DNA of 64,000 nt from Deltaproteobacteria bacterium (GCA_034670305.1 JAXMNT010000028.1:36106-100105); one strand, 5' to 3'; shown: positions 52,234-64,000, counted from the stretch's first letter. Notes: a model not told the origin generated them from the sequence alone. Made by a program: numbers and translations.

Positions 52234-55164
52234 CTACGGGCAGTACCGAACCATCCGCAGATTGTCCTCGTCGTTCTCTCGGTGAAGGATCGTCACGTAG
52301 CCGCCCGGACCCGCGGCGATCGCGGGCTCGTCGCCGGAGCTGCGGTAGCTGTCGAGGGTCTGTTCCATCGATGCGACGCCGCCCTCGACCCGCACGTAGC
52401 GCAGGTCGGCGATCGGCACGGTGACGGTCCCGAACGGCACCCGGGTGTCGTCGCGCGCGACCACGTGGGCCACGCCTGCGCTGTCCACGGCGACGGCGGT
52501 GCCCTCGCCGATGGCGCGCGACGCGAACAGCGTCATCGGCGACCAGAGGCCGGGGCCGTCTTGGCGCGCGTAGAGCACCGAGTCCAAGCTGTTGTCCCAC
52601 GCGACTGCGTGCAGCACTCCGTCGCTGCCGCGCGCGAGATCCGCGAAGCGTCCGACGTCGCCGCTCGTGGCGATCGCGCTCTCCGAGAACACGCCGCCCG
52701 GCGTGCCCGCGCTGTGCCGCAGATCCCGCGCGCCCGTGTCGTGATGCACGATGTCGACCGTTCCATCGGGTGCGGGTTGAAGGCTGGCGTAGTCGCCCAC
52801 CGTGCCCGCCTCCATCACGGTCTCGATCGTCCACGCGCCCGCCGAACCGACCGCGAGCTTCAAGTCGTCCACGGTCTCGTCGTGGTAGGCGATCGCGATG
52901 CGGCCATCGGCCAGCACCCCGATGGACGTGTAGAGGCCGGTGTCGTTCATCGCGTCGACCGTCTCCGCCACCCAGGCGCCGCTCGCGGGCGTGGCGTAGA
53001 TCAGGTCACGCACGCTGTCCTCGTAGTAGGCCGCGTGCGGAATGCCCGCGGCGTCCACCACGATGGAACCGAACTGCCCTCGGCGCGGCACGTCGATGGT
53101 TGCGGTGCGCCAGACCCCGACCGTGGGCATCGTGGCGTACGCGAGGTTGTCTGCCCCATGACGGTCGAATGCGACGTGCACGTCGCCCCGCGGCCCGATC
53201 GCGATGGACGGATCTTGCCCGGTGTTGTCGTCCGCATCGAGCGGTTCGATCAGCCACCCCGTCGCACCGGACGCGCGGTACGCGTAGCGCAGGTCCTGGT
53301 AGGTGGCGTCGCGGTACACGATGTGAAGGCCACCCTCCCCGTCCATCGCGATGTCCGGCTCGCGGCCCAGGTCCACGTCGGTCTCCACCAACTCACCGCT
53401 CCAAGTGCCGCCTCGGCGGACGGCGTAGCGGAGGTCGTTCCCGCTCGCGTCGCGGTGCGCCACATGCGCCGTCCCGTCGGCCTCCACCACCATCGAGACG
53501 CCGAGTCCGTAGTTGCGACCGGTCTCCGCGAACTCGATCCCCCAAGCCCCGGCGGCTGGTCGAAACGCGTACTTGAGATCGTTGCTGGTCTCGTCGCGGT
53601 AGACGATGTGAAGTCCTCCGGTTCCGTCCAGCCCGATCGACGTGCCGACCCCGACGTTGTTGTCGGTGTCGACCACCTCGTCGCTCCAGGTGCCGTCGGG
53701 TGTGCGGGTCGCGTGCAGCAGCTGCGCGGCGCCGTTGTCGTAGCAACTCACGTGCACGGTCCCGTCCGTTTCGAGCACGAGGTCCGCGTAGCGGCCCGTG
53801 TTGCCCGCTTCGATCGCGACCTCGCGGGTCCACGCGCCGCCGTCCGGCCGGTAGGCGTAGCCGAGGTTCTGACCGGTCTCGATCCGGTACGCGACGTGGA
53901 CTCCGCCGTCCGCATCGAGTGCGATCGCCGGCGACCGGCCGGTATCCCCGGCCGTGTCGACCGCCAGCACCGACCATGAGGTCTCACCAGGCGCGCGGTA
54001 CGCATGGCGCAGGTCGCGGTTGGTCGCGTCGAAGTGCACGACATGCACGCCCCCATCGGGCGCCACCGCGACCGCCGGCTCGTTGCCCGCATCGCCCGTC
54101 GCCTCGATGTTCTCGGTCCGCCAGAAGCCGTACGGCGGGTGGTAGCCGTAGCGCGGCTCACGCGTCGCCGCGTGGTACCAGAGCGCGTGAAGCCCGCCCT
54201 CCGCATCGGCGACGATGGCCGGCTGGTGACCGGTGTCGCGAAGCGTCGCGACGGGGCTGCGCAGGAACGCCCCGGGCAGACATCCGCAGTCCTCGTCGGT
54301 GGTGCCGTCGCAATCGGAGTCGTTGCCGTCGCACCCGTCGGGACGATCCCCGCCTGCGCACCCGCAGACGCCCGCCGCACACGCGCCGCCCGGGCAGGCC
54401 GTGCCGTCCATCGCAGGCGTCTGAACACACATGTCGTCGAGGCAGCTGCCCACGGTACACGGGTTGCCGTCGTCGCAGTCCCCGCAGCCGGGCGCGTCGG
54501 TGCCGGCCGCGTCGCGGGCAGCGTCGAGTCCTGCGTCGCGGGGCCCACCGTCGAAGGACATCGTCGGCACGCACCCTGCCGCCGGGTCACACACCTCGTC
54601 TGCGCCGCAGCGGGAATCGTCCGGCACCGCCAGACACACCGCTTCGAGGCAGCGCGCAACCGCGCACGCGCTCGCGGCGCACTCGCTGTCCATTCGGCAT
54701 TCGGCGTCTGGGCACGCCGCTGGATTCGCTTCGGAACATTCGCTCGGCACACAGCGGCCACCGAAGCAGGTGTCTGCCGCCGCGTCTTCACACCGCACGC
54801 CGCCGCAGTTCCGGGTCACCACGACCGTCAGGGCGAAGTCGCTGTCGGACAGACTGAGCGACACCCGTCGCTCTGCCAGCACCCCGCCGGCGGCGTCGAA
54901 GAGCGTGACCTCCACTTCGTGCGCACCAGCCGAGAGACCGCCGAGCTCAGCGATCCGAATGCCCGACACCGCGTCGTCGGTGGCCGTGACGGCTTGCTCA
55001 GCCCGTCGCAAGATCCCGCTCGCCACTTCGACCAGTTCGGTCCGGACCTCCGCCAGCTCACGCCCAGGAACGAAGTCCGTCCGCAGGTCGACCACGAGTT
55101 CGGGACCAGACGCCCCACCGCAGCCGAGCAAGAAGACGACCAACCCAGACCAGAAGCGAACCAT
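52234..55164 (-). CDS. Large surface lipoprotein: Cys-rich region followed by beta-propeller-like repeats
   Basis: Lipobox LLGC; CDDGNPCT; CDGNDSDCDG; about 14 repeats of G-x3-I-A-x-D-x2-G-x2-H-x2-Y...DL-x-YA...W. Confidence 0.82.
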   Translation of the reverse strand: MVRFWSGLVVFLLGCGGASGPELVVDLRTDFVPGRELAEVRTELVEVASGILRRAEQAVTATDDAVSGIRIAELGGLSAGAHEVEVTLFDAAGGVLAERRVSLSLSDSDFALTVVVTRNCGGVRCEDAAADTCFGGRCVPSECSEANPAACPDAECRMDSECAASACAVARCLEAVCLAVPDDSRCGADEVCDPAAGCVPTMSFDGGPRDAGLDAARDAAGTDAPGCGDCDDGNPCTVGSCLDDMCVQTPAMDGTACPGGACAAGVCGCAGGDRPDGCDGNDSDCDGTTDEDCGCLPGAFLRSPVATLRDTGHQPAIVADAEGGLHALWYHAATREPRYGYHPPYGFWRTENIEATGDAGNEPAVAVAPDGGVHVVHFDATNRDLRHAYRAPGETSWSVLAVDTAGDTGRSPAIALDADGGVHVAYRIETGQNLGYAYRPDGGAWTREVAIEAGNTGRYADLVLETDGTVHVSCYDNGAAQLLHATRTPDGTWSDEVVDTDNNVGVGTSIGLDGTGGLHIVYRDETSNDLKYAFRPAAGAWGIEFAETGRNYGLGVSMVVEADGTAHVAHRDASGNDLRYAVRRGGTWSGELVETDVDLGREPDIAMDGEGGLHIVYRDATYQDLRYAYRASGATGWLIEPLDADDNTGQDPSIAIGPRGDVHVAFDRHGADNLAYATMPTVGVWRTATIDVPRRGQFGSIVVDAAGIPHAAYYEDSVRDLIYATPASGAWVAETVDAMNDTGLYTSIGVLADGRIAIAYHDETVDDLKLAVGSAGAWTIETVMEAGTVGDYASLQPAPDGTVDIVHHDTGARDLRHSAGTPGGVFSESAIATSGDVGRFADLARGSDGVLHAVAWDNSLDSVLYARQDGPGLWSPMTLFASRAIGEGTAVAVDSAGVAHVVARDDTRVPFGTVTVPIADLRYVRVEGGVASMEQTLDSYRSSGDEPAIAAGPGGYVTILHRENDEDNLRMVRYCP

Positions 55165-55211
55165 GCGCGATTCTACCGCATGCCCGCGAACGCCGCGCTT
55201 CGGCGTTCTGA

Positions 55212-55919
55212 TCAGCGCGCCGCGACCGCAGGGGGCGGAAGCGGCGGAAGACCGATCGTGAACCGCACCGTGCGAGGCATGGCGAGCGGCTCTTCGGTGA
55301 CCGGAGCGTTGAGCAAGGGTGCGATCGCACAGTCGGCGAGTGGCGTCCCGGCCGGAAGCGCGCGCTGGATCCAACCCGACGAGACACGGCCATCGACGCC
55401 AACGGTGAGTTCGACCGACAGGATCGCTTGGCCATCGCGATCACGGTTCGCCTGACAACGTTTCATCCTCTCCTCGAGCCCCCGCACCCCCGCTTCGAAG
55501 ACGGGATCGATGGCGCCCACCACCGGACCGAGCCGGCACGTGTCCGTGGAGTCTTGCGCACAGAACGTGAAGCGGTGGTCCCGTTCGATCGCCACGGCCG
55601 GGGCTGGATCAAAGTAGAGGCTGGCGATGCGGCGATGCACGCACGCCGCCACCTCCGCGCTGCCGGAGGTGTTGCGGTGCACCTCGGTGCCATGCACCCG
55701 GCCGTCGGTGCCGATGGCGAACCGGACGTCGAGAAGACCCGAGCCGTCGCCCAGACACGATCGCACCCGCCCCAGATGACCCTCGAGCTGTGCTTCCACG
55801 AGCGCCGGCGATCCGGTCGATGGGAGCCGGGGCGCGTCGTCCGGACGGTAGGATCGCTGGGCGCATCCCATCGTGATCACGAGCCCAACACCAAACAAAC
55901 CAAACGTTTTCAGAGACAT
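55212..55919 (-). CDS. Lipoprotein with two AgmX/PglI (TonB-C-like) domains
   Basis: Lipobox MGC; VRSC...VRFAIGTDGRV...AACV and MKRC...LTVGVDGRV...ADC. Confidence 0.7.
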   Translation of the reverse strand: MSLKTFGLFGVGLVITMGCAQRSYRPDDAPRLPSTGSPALVEAQLEGHLGRVRSCLGDGSGLLDVRFAIGTDGRVHGTEVHRNTSGSAEVAACVHRRIASLYFDPAPAVAIERDHRFTFCAQDSTDTCRLGPVVGAIDPVFEAGVRGLEERMKRCQANRDRDGQAILSVELTVGVDGRVSSGWIQRALPAGTPLADCAIAPLLNAPVTEEPLAMPRTVRFTIGLPPLPPPAVAAR

Positions 55920-56169
55920 ACCCTGAGTCGGAAGACCCCCTCGGATTTTCCAACCCACCAAGAATTATGTCACTGAACGAATTTTCCTTGCATGAGGAAC
56001 GCCCACGCCGGACACTCATCGACGACGGGAGTCGATCCAAAGGCACGCGCGTCCGAAAGGCGCGTTCGCAAAGTCCCTGACCTACCGCGCTTCGCGCCAT
56101 GGTTTGAAGGATCGCATCGACTCGAGGAATGGCTCCCGCTTCTGCCCACCGCAAGAAGAGAGAAGTGCC

Positions 56170-56397
56170 ATGAAGAAGTTCGTCCAACCGTTTGCCGGTG
56201 TCTTGATCACGTGTGGTCTGCTGGGCGCGCCCCTTCCAGGACACGTTCGCCCGGAGCCCCTGCGGACCGAAGATCGTGAGGTCAGCCGCCGCCTTCGTCG
56301 CACGAGTCTTCCTCCTGGCGCCGGTGGCGAGCGCTTCGTTCTGCGGGTCGACATGCCTCGGATTCCGAAGGAGTGGCGAGGAGACGACAAAGCCTGA
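56170..56397 (+). CDS. Small putative secreted protein (75 aa)
   Basis: Purine-rich RBS; MKK followed by a hydrophobic stretch. Confidence 0.45.
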   Translation: MKKFVQPFAGVLITCGLLGAPLPGHVRPEPLRTEDREVSRRLRRTSLPPGAGGERFVLRVDMPRIPKEWRGDDKA

Positions 56398-56464
56398 GCC
56401 CAATGGGAGAGCGCGCGCGGACGCACGTTGACCCACACCGCTCGGTCTATAAGATGGCGGCCGC

Positions 56465-57568
56465 ATGACCGCCGACGATCCACACCTCGGGCTCTTTCAA
56501 GTCCTCCGCGACGACGGATCGGTCGACGAAGCACGCGAACCCAAGCTCTCCGACGAGAAGCTTCACGAGATCTTCCGCCACATGCTCCGCATCCGCCTCA
56601 TCGACGAGCGCATGTTGATGCGGCAGCGCCAGGGCAAGGTTGGTTTCTACGGCGCGAGCACCGGGCAGGAAGCCACACCCCTCGCGACGGCACTGAACCT
56701 CGAGAAGGACGATTGGGTGTTTCCCGCGCTTCGAGAGGCCTCGATCATGCTCGTCCGCGGCTTCCCGCTCACGACGTGGCTCGCGCAGATCTACGGCAAC
56801 TCCGGCGACGTCATGAAAGGCCGGATGCAGCCCATGCACATGGCCGGTCGCGCGGTGAACCAAGTCAGCTGGTCGTCCTGCCTGGGCCCCCAGTTGCCGC
56901 AAGCCGTCGGCTGCGCTTGGGCAATGAAGATCCGGGGCCACAAGGGCCGCATCGCGGTCGGCTTCACAGGCGACGGCGCGACGAGTGAACCCGACTTCCA
57001 CAGCGCCATGAACTTCGCCGGCGTGTTCAAACCGCCGGTCGTGCTGATCTGCCAGAACAACCACTGGGCGATCAGCGTGCCAAGCAGCAAGCAGACGGCG
57101 TCGGCCACCTTCGCGGTCAAAGCGAAGGCGTACGGGATCCCGGGTGTCCGCGTCGACGGGAACGACGTGCTCGCCCTCTACTCGGTGATCGGGGACGCGT
57201 GCGCGCGTGCGCGCACCGGCGAGGGCCCTACGTTCATCGAAGCTGTGACCTACCGCATCGGAGCCCACTCCTCGAGCGACGACCCGACGCTGTACCGCTC
57301 GGAAGACGAAGTCGAGATCTGGCGACAGCGCGACCCCATCCAGCGGTTCGAGCGCTACATGCGCGCCAAGGGACTGCTCTCGGACGCTTCGAGGGAAGCG
57401 CTCTCGGAAGAGCTCACCGCAGAGATCCTCACCGCGATTCGGGCAGTCGAAGACCTGCCTTTGCCGACACGCGAGACGATGTTTGAAGATGTCTTCAAGA
57501 AGGTGCCTTGGCATCTGGAAGAGCAACGCGACGAGTTGCTCGAGCACCCGCCCGCCCCCACCCACTGA
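56465..57568 (+). CDS. 2-oxoacid dehydrogenase E1 alpha subunit (PDH/BCKDH type)
   Basis: GQEA, GDGATSEPDFH...N TPP motif, YRIGAHSSSDDP. Confidence 0.92.
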   Translation: MTADDPHLGLFQVLRDDGSVDEAREPKLSDEKLHEIFRHMLRIRLIDERMLMRQRQGKVGFYGASTGQEATPLATALNLEKDDWVFPALREASIMLVRGFPLTTWLAQIYGNSGDVMKGRMQPMHMAGRAVNQVSWSSCLGPQLPQAVGCAWAMKIRGHKGRIAVGFTGDGATSEPDFHSAMNFAGVFKPPVVLICQNNHWAISVPSSKQTASATFAVKAKAYGIPGVRVDGNDVLALYSVIGDACARARTGEGPTFIEAVTYRIGAHSSSDDPTLYRSEDEVEIWRQRDPIQRFERYMRAKGLLSDASREALSEELTAEILTAIRAVEDLPLPTRETMFEDVFKKVPWHLEEQRDELLEHPPAPTH

Positions 57569-57623
57569 CCCTTTCCAACGCGCCCGAACGGCGCGGCGAA
57601 CCGACCCCCGGAAGAAGACGAAC

Positions 57624-59054
<1,431 letters not shown>

Positions 59055-59058
59055 ACGC

Positions 59059-59766
59059 GTGGCATCGTTGCGCCTCCTCCATGCGTACCGCGTCGGTCGC
59101 ATTCCGTATGGAGAGGCGCTCGCTTTGCAAGAGCGGGTCGCCGACCGGGTCAAAGCCGGGGAGTCGGAAGACACGCTCTTGCTGCTCGAGCACGACCCGG
59201 TGATCACCCTCGGGCGCGGCGGCAAACACGCGCACATTCTCTTGAGCAAGGATGCGCTCGCGGAGCGTGGCATCGAACTGCACGAGATCGGGCGCGGCGG
59301 CGACGTGACCTACCACGGCCCGGGGCAGCTCGTCGGGTACCCGATCGTCGACTTGAAACCGGACCGCATGGACGTGCGCAAGTACGTCGCGTCGCTCGAA
59401 GAGACGATGATCCGTTTGGCTGCGGACTCGGGGCTCGAGGCCGAACGGCTCGAGAAGTTCAACGGCACCTGGCTCGATCCCCACGGCTTTCGTCCCCGCA
59501 AGATCGGCGCGGTCGGCGTGCGCATCTCCCGCTGGGTCACCACCCACGGGTTCGCGTTCAACGTCGCGCCGGACATGGCGCACTTCGGGCTCATCGTGCC
59601 GTGCGGCATCGAGGGCAAAGGCGTGACCAGCTTGGACTTGGAACTGAGAGCCGAGGACGAGGACGCACCGGTGCCCTCGGTGGACGAGGTCGCGACGCGG
59701 GCGGCGGAACACTTTGCGGCGCTGCAGGACAGCGAGCTCGTCTGGCATGTGGGGCGGCCGGACTAG
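59059..59766 (+). CDS. lipB: Lipoyl(octanoyl) transferase
   Basis: EHDPVITLG, RGGDVTYHGPGQLVGY, KIGAVG, HGFAFN, PCG. Confidence 0.95.
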   Translation: MASLRLLHAYRVGRIPYGEALALQERVADRVKAGESEDTLLLLEHDPVITLGRGGKHAHILLSKDALAERGIELHEIGRGGDVTYHGPGQLVGYPIVDLKPDRMDVRKYVASLEETMIRLAADSGLEAERLEKFNGTWLDPHGFRPRKIGAVGVRISRWVTTHGFAFNVAPDMAHFGLIVPCGIEGKGVTSLDLELRAEDEDAPVPSVDEVATRAAEHFAALQDSELVWHVGRPD

Positions 59767-60545
59767 TCGAGCAGGGACTTGGCGGCGGTGGCGAAGATGT
59801 CGCCGAGTTCTTCGTAGAGCGCGTGGCCTTCGGCTTCGGTCGCGTCGGCGGGCCAGCCGAAGTAGGCGTGGGGGCCGCCGGCTTCGCCGAACGTCTTCTT
59901 GCCGGCGCGGATCGCCACGCTGAGTGAGTTTGGGTTCGGTTCGAGCGCGTCGCTTAGGTCCCGTTTCACCAGGAACGGTCCGGCGGCCATGACCAGGCTG
60001 GTCTCGTAGCGGCCGGCGTGGCAGGCGCCGGATTTGAACTCTTCGCCGAGTCGCAGCGCGTGCGGTCTGCGGGTGACGTCTGGAAACGCGGCGCGCACTG
60101 GGGGCCACCCTTCCCGTAGGGCCGCCGCGCGTTGCATGCCTTCGGTCAGCGCCTGGATGTTGCCCGGTTCGAGGTGCGCGTTGCAGATCACGACAGCGCC
60201 GAACCCCGCGCGCGCCGCCCCGCGAAGCACGTCTTCGACGAGCGCGGTCGCGGTCTCGAGGGTGATGCCGATCGTTCCGTGAAACTCGGCGGCGAACTCC
60301 GTCACCGCGTAGGCGAGCGGCGGAAGCACGACCGACGGCACGCCATCGCGCCGCAGCATCTGCACTGCGCGCTCGGCGCCGGTGCGGCTGATGACGACAT
60401 CGGTCGCGAGCGGCAGGTGCGGCCCATGCGCTTCGGTGGCCCCGGTCGGAAGCAGGGCCACAGCGCCCGCTTCCACCAACCCGCGCGCGTCTTCGTAAGT
60501 CATCTCGCCAAGATGAAGCGGCGTCTGGCGGCTCGGTTCGGTCAC
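59763..60545 (-). CDS. Creatininase/amidohydrolase family protein
   Basis: PTGATEAHGPHLPLATD, NAH, HAGRYETS. Confidence 0.88.
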   Translation of the reverse strand: MTEPSRQTPLHLGEMTYEDARGLVEAGAVALLPTGATEAHGPHLPLATDVVISRTGAERAVQMLRRDGVPSVVLPPLAYAVTEFAAEFHGTIGITLETATALVEDVLRGAARAGFGAVVICNAHLEPGNIQALTEGMQRAAALREGWPPVRAAFPDVTRRPHALRLGEEFKSGACHAGRYETSLVMAAGPFLVKRDLSDALEPNPNSLSVAIRAGKKTFGEAGGPHAYFGWPADATEAEGHALYEELGDIFATAAKSLLD

Positions 60546-60554
60546 GGGCGCATC

Positions 60555-62255
60555 CTAGTTCCTGGCGGGGGGTGGCGCTTCCGGTTCCGAAGCCTCGATC
60601 ACCGAAAGCGCCCGCCGGTAGCCTTCGACGTCGGCTGCGATCGAAAGATGGGAGAGATCGCACTCAATCGAGAGTGCCCGACCTCGAACCTCCGCGAGGG
60701 CCTCTCGTGTGTTCGCGGTGGGGTCCATGTTGGCCGCCAGCCGGAGCACTTGCTGGGTCTGCATCCCGAGCCGTTCCGCGCACGCCACCGCTTCCGGCGA
60801 CGGTGGTGCGGGCGACGTGCCGTTCGTGCCCGGAAGCGGAACGAAGTCGAGCCGTTCGTTGGGGGACACGGTGCCGAGCCACGAGTCGCCGTCGAACTGC
60901 GATCGCACGAACACGGTCGGCAAGTGCTGTGCGAACCGAACCAGCGATCGGTCGCCCATGCGCTCCCCGACCGCCGCGACATCGACGGTCAGGTCCCAGC
61001 GCCCGGCTGGGAGGCTCGGGTCCACGGACGGCAGCGGCTGCTCCGCCCCGTCGCCCCAAAGACCGACGCGCGCTGCGAGGCGTCCGTACCCAAGCGGCGA
61101 CGCCATCGTCTGCAGATAACAGAACCATCCACACGATTGAAACGCCTCCGCGGCATCGCTCGCCTCGACCGCCCCGTGGAAGCCGTGTGGGATCTCGGCC
61201 GCTTGCATCGCGGCTTCGAACGAGAGCGATGTTCGAAGCGCGAACCCTGGTTCGGCGCTCGGCGCTGGGGTGGCCGTCGCGCCCTCCATGCCAGCCGCGA
61301 CGGCGGCGGCGCCGACCGGGGTCAACTCGCCAGCCCACACGATCGACGCGGTCTCGTCCGTTCGCAACGCGAACGCGACATCGCGCAGCTCGCGGGTGTA
61401 CTCGCCCGTCCGGAGGTACATGCCGGTCATCTCGCTCAACCCCATCTGACGCATCGGCGGGCGGTATTCCTCCGAGGCGCCCTGGAGCGCCTGGGCGATG
61501 GTTCCCGCCGCGATGTGGGCGCCCGCGGAACGGACCGCGCTGCCGCGGCCGAACACCGCCACCGGGGCATCGACTTCGGTCGCCCAGCGGAGGGTCCGTG
61601 GCAGTGCCGCCGTGGACCGCAACCCCTCGATCACCTCGCTCGGATCGTTGAGGACCACGAACAAGACATCGTTCGAGGGTTCGAGCCGAACATGCCGAAA
61701 CTCGAGACAGCGGAGCCCGCGCCCTGGCCCCTCGCGCCGCTCGCAGCGTTCCATGCGTTCGATCAACACGTCGGCGAGCTGCTCCGGCTGGCGGGTGGGC
61801 AGCGCCACCACATGCCGAACCGTCGGGACCGATCCGTCGCCCATCGCCACGTCCACCGCGCCGGCGAGCCCAGTCTCGGGCGGTTCCCACAGCCGAACCA
61901 CGATGGGTCGGTCGGGATCCAGACCGGGCAGCTCCCGCGCGATGCCTGCCCAGGTCCGGCTCTCGACTTGCAGCCACTCCGCAAACGACTGCGCGTCGAG
62001 CAGCCGCTGGAGTTCGCGCGGCATCGGCATCTCCGTTCCGAAGAAGGTGCGGAGCGCGGACTGGGTCTCGGGCCAACGGTTGGCGCGCACGAGCACCGTC
62101 ACGAGGGCGCGGTCCCCGAACACGTGGCCCGCATGGGGATCGCTCGCAGGCGCCGTCACGACCGGCGTGGGAGTCGGCGTGACCTCCGCCCCGCCGCAGG
62201 CACTGCAGGCGCTCCACAAGAGCGCCAAGGAGAGGAGCGAGCGGAATCGTCTCAC
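60555..62255 (-). CDS. Hypothetical lipoprotein
   Basis: GTG start overlapping upstream stop; signal RRFRSLLSLALLWSAC. Confidence 0.7.
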   Translation of the reverse strand: MRRFRSLLSLALLWSACSACGGAEVTPTPTPVVTAPASDPHAGHVFGDRALVTVLVRANRWPETQSALRTFFGTEMPMPRELQRLLDAQSFAEWLQVESRTWAGIARELPGLDPDRPIVVRLWEPPETGLAGAVDVAMGDGSVPTVRHVVALPTRQPEQLADVLIERMERCERREGPGRGLRCLEFRHVRLEPSNDVLFVVLNDPSEVIEGLRSTAALPRTLRWATEVDAPVAVFGRGSAVRSAGAHIAAGTIAQALQGASEEYRPPMRQMGLSEMTGMYLRTGEYTRELRDVAFALRTDETASIVWAGELTPVGAAAVAAGMEGATATPAPSAEPGFALRTSLSFEAAMQAAEIPHGFHGAVEASDAAEAFQSCGWFCYLQTMASPLGYGRLAARVGLWGDGAEQPLPSVDPSLPAGRWDLTVDVAAVGERMGDRSLVRFAQHLPTVFVRSQFDGDSWLGTVSPNERLDFVPLPGTNGTSPAPPSPEAVACAERLGMQTQQVLRLAANMDPTANTREALAEVRGRALSIECDLSHLSIAADVEGYRRALSVIEASEPEAPPPARN

Positions 62256-63808
62256 GAGGACACCAGGGTTCGGCGCATGATCTTGCCTCGATCGTTGCGC
62301 GGCAGCTTGTCGACGAAGGCGACCTCGCGCGGGAACTTGTAGCGGGTCAGGCGGGTCTTGGCGTGCTCCTGCAACTCGAGCACAAGCGCGTCGCTGGCGA
62401 CGAACCCTTCTCGGAGCGCGACGAACGCTTTCGGGATCGTGAGGCCCGCGTCGTCGTCCACGCCGACGATCGCGCACTCGCGGACCGCTGGGTGGGTGGC
62501 GAGGCAGTCCTCGATCTCGAGCGGCGAGACGAACTGGCCACGCACCTTGAGCATGTCGTCGGCGCGGCCCTGGTAGTAGAAGTAGCCCTCGGCGTCGCGC
62601 ACGAACAGATCCGCGGTGATGCACCAGTCGCCCTGAAACGTCGCGCGGGATTTGTCTTGGTCGCGCCAGTAGCACAGCGCGGTGCTGTCGCCTGCGATCC
62701 AAAGCCGGCCCGGTTCTCCGTCGGGCACGTCGTTGCCTTCCGCATCGACGATGCGCGCGCGGTAGCCTTCCACGAGGCGGCCGAGCGAGCCGAGTTTCAC
62801 GTCGCCGAGGCGGTTGGTGATGTAGATGTGGAACATCTCCGCCGAGCCGATGCCATCGAGGATCTCCGCGTTCGGAAAGCGCGCCTTCCACCGGGTGTAG
62901 AGATCGGCCGGCAGCGCTTCGCCCGCGCTCAAACAGATGCGGATGGTGGACAGGTCCGAGGCGCGTTCCGCATCGAGCATCTGGCGGATCATGGCGGGCA
63001 CGTTGGTCAGCACGGTCGCGCCGAACTTCTCGATGTGATCCATCAAGCGGTCCGCCGTCGGCTTCTCTCGAAAGAGCACCGCGTGTCCGCCGACCGCGAA
63101 CGGGAACATCAGGTTGGTGCCGGTGCCGTACCCGAAGAAGAGGCGCGACACGGCCACGAAGACGTCGTCCTCCCGCAGCCCGAGCACGCCCTTCGCGTAC
63201 ACCTCGGTGTTGAACGCGAAGTGGCGGTGAAAGTGCACCGCGCCCTTCGGCTTGCCGGTGGTGCCGCTCGTGAAGAGCCAGCCCGCCACGTCGTCGCACG
63301 AGGTGTCGGCGTTGTCGGTGGTGTCGCTCGCCGACTCGAGCGCGTCCTCCCAGCGCTCCCAACCCTCCGCGGCGGCGTCCGCGTCCGCCCCGACCACCAG
63401 TCGAACCTTGCAGTGCGCGTGTTTCGCCATGAGGGGCCCAAGCCGTTCCATCGTCGTCGCGTCGGCCACCACCGCGCGGCAGCGGGTGTAGCCGAGCAGG
63501 TAGTCGAAGTCGTCGGCCGTCCCGAGCGGGTTGGCCATGCAGAAGGTGGCCCCCGACTTCAGCGTCCCGAACCAACACTCGACGAACGCGATCCCGTCGA
63601 AGAGCAACATCAAGACGCGGTCGTCGAAGCCGATGCCGCGTGCGCCGAGCGCATGCCGCGCGCGGTTCGCCTGCTTCTGGACGTCGGTATAGGACCAGGT
63701 CGTGTCGCCCACGCTGATGGCCGGGCGATCGCCGCGCCCTTCTTCGACGCGCGCGTCCAAGTAGTAGTGCGCCAGGTTGAACCGCTCGGGAAAGGTGGGG
63801 CCAGTCAT
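62252..63808 (-). CDS. Benzoate-CoA ligase family (aromatic acid-CoA ligase)
   Basis: FTSGTTGKPKG, FFGYG, SAGEALP, DGIGSAE, GRADDMLKV, LPRNDRGK. Confidence 0.88.
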   Translation of the reverse strand: MTGPTFPERFNLAHYYLDARVEEGRGDRPAISVGDTTWSYTDVQKQANRARHALGARGIGFDDRVLMLLFDGIAFVECWFGTLKSGATFCMANPLGTADDFDYLLGYTRCRAVVADATTMERLGPLMAKHAHCKVRLVVGADADAAAEGWERWEDALESASDTTDNADTSCDDVAGWLFTSGTTGKPKGAVHFHRHFAFNTEVYAKGVLGLREDDVFVAVSRLFFGYGTGTNLMFPFAVGGHAVLFREKPTADRLMDHIEKFGATVLTNVPAMIRQMLDAERASDLSTIRICLSAGEALPADLYTRWKARFPNAEILDGIGSAEMFHIYITNRLGDVKLGSLGRLVEGYRARIVDAEGNDVPDGEPGRLWIAGDSTALCYWRDQDKSRATFQGDWCITADLFVRDAEGYFYYQGRADDMLKVRGQFVSPLEIEDCLATHPAVRECAIVGVDDDAGLTIPKAFVALREGFVASDALVLELQEHAKTRLTRYKFPREVAFVDKLPRNDRGKIMRRTLVSS

Positions 63809-63878
63809 CGCCGCGGAGGGTACCGGCTACGCCGCCAGCGGGGAAAGCCGTGTCGCTGGACTCCGCCGGGGGTCGCTA

Positions 63879-63955
63879 GCAGGTTGCTGAAGAACGCCCG
63901 CAGGGCGTTCTCGCAGCCTGCCCCTTGCCCCTGCCCTTGCCTTTGCCCTTGCCCG
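63879..63955 (+). repeat. Hairpin GCAGGTTGC...GCAGCCTGC followed by a (CCCTTG/CCCCTG)n tail
   Basis: Same layout as the element at 14659; both begin in GCTAGCAGGT. Confidence 0.75.
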
Positions 63956-64000
63956 CGGATCAGCGGTCAGATCGCTTGATCAGCGCGACGAGCATCGCGA

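Noticed and set aside
62256-63578. 1007-aa ORF 60555-63578 as a single protein
   Set aside because: Its 5' half overlaps the CoA ligase out of frame; a coupled GTG at 62255 gives a proper signal peptide

Overview
High-GC chromosomal window, most likely from a myxobacterium (Myxococcota, Polyangiales/Sandaracinaceae-like). This is inferred from the FHA and AAA-TPR sigma54 activators, an AgmX/PglI-type lipoprotein and many Cys-rich lipoproteins. Housekeeping content: mtnA-gatCAB, ald, trmL, fadN-fadA, an E1-alpha/lpdA/lipB cluster, a benzoate-CoA-ligase-family gene, a creatininase-family gene, a FadR-regulated GMC oxidase operon and signalling genes. Three regions stand out. (1) 1-6138: a translationally coupled run of three genes. 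The two complete ones are ClpA/C-like double-AAA+ proteins. The first two genes end in a class-I release-factor-like domain; in the complete gene it lacks GGQ. This is a candidate ribosome-linked proteolysis or rescue system. (2) ~45506-51577: an A/T-richer island of two tandem three-gene cassettes bounded by three (CAGCCT)n tracts. The flanks and gene A are near-identical, gene B is hypervariable and Cys-rich, and lipoprotein C is moderately diverged. This resembles a polymorphic effector/immunity cassette array. (3) 28164-32351: an orphan formyltransferase-A-T-TE NRPS-like gene. A family of hexamer-repeat islands is scattered through the window, one of them in frame inside gatC. No rRNA, tRNA, CRISPR, integrase or transposase was recognised. 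All calls come from reading motifs by eye; no database searches were run.
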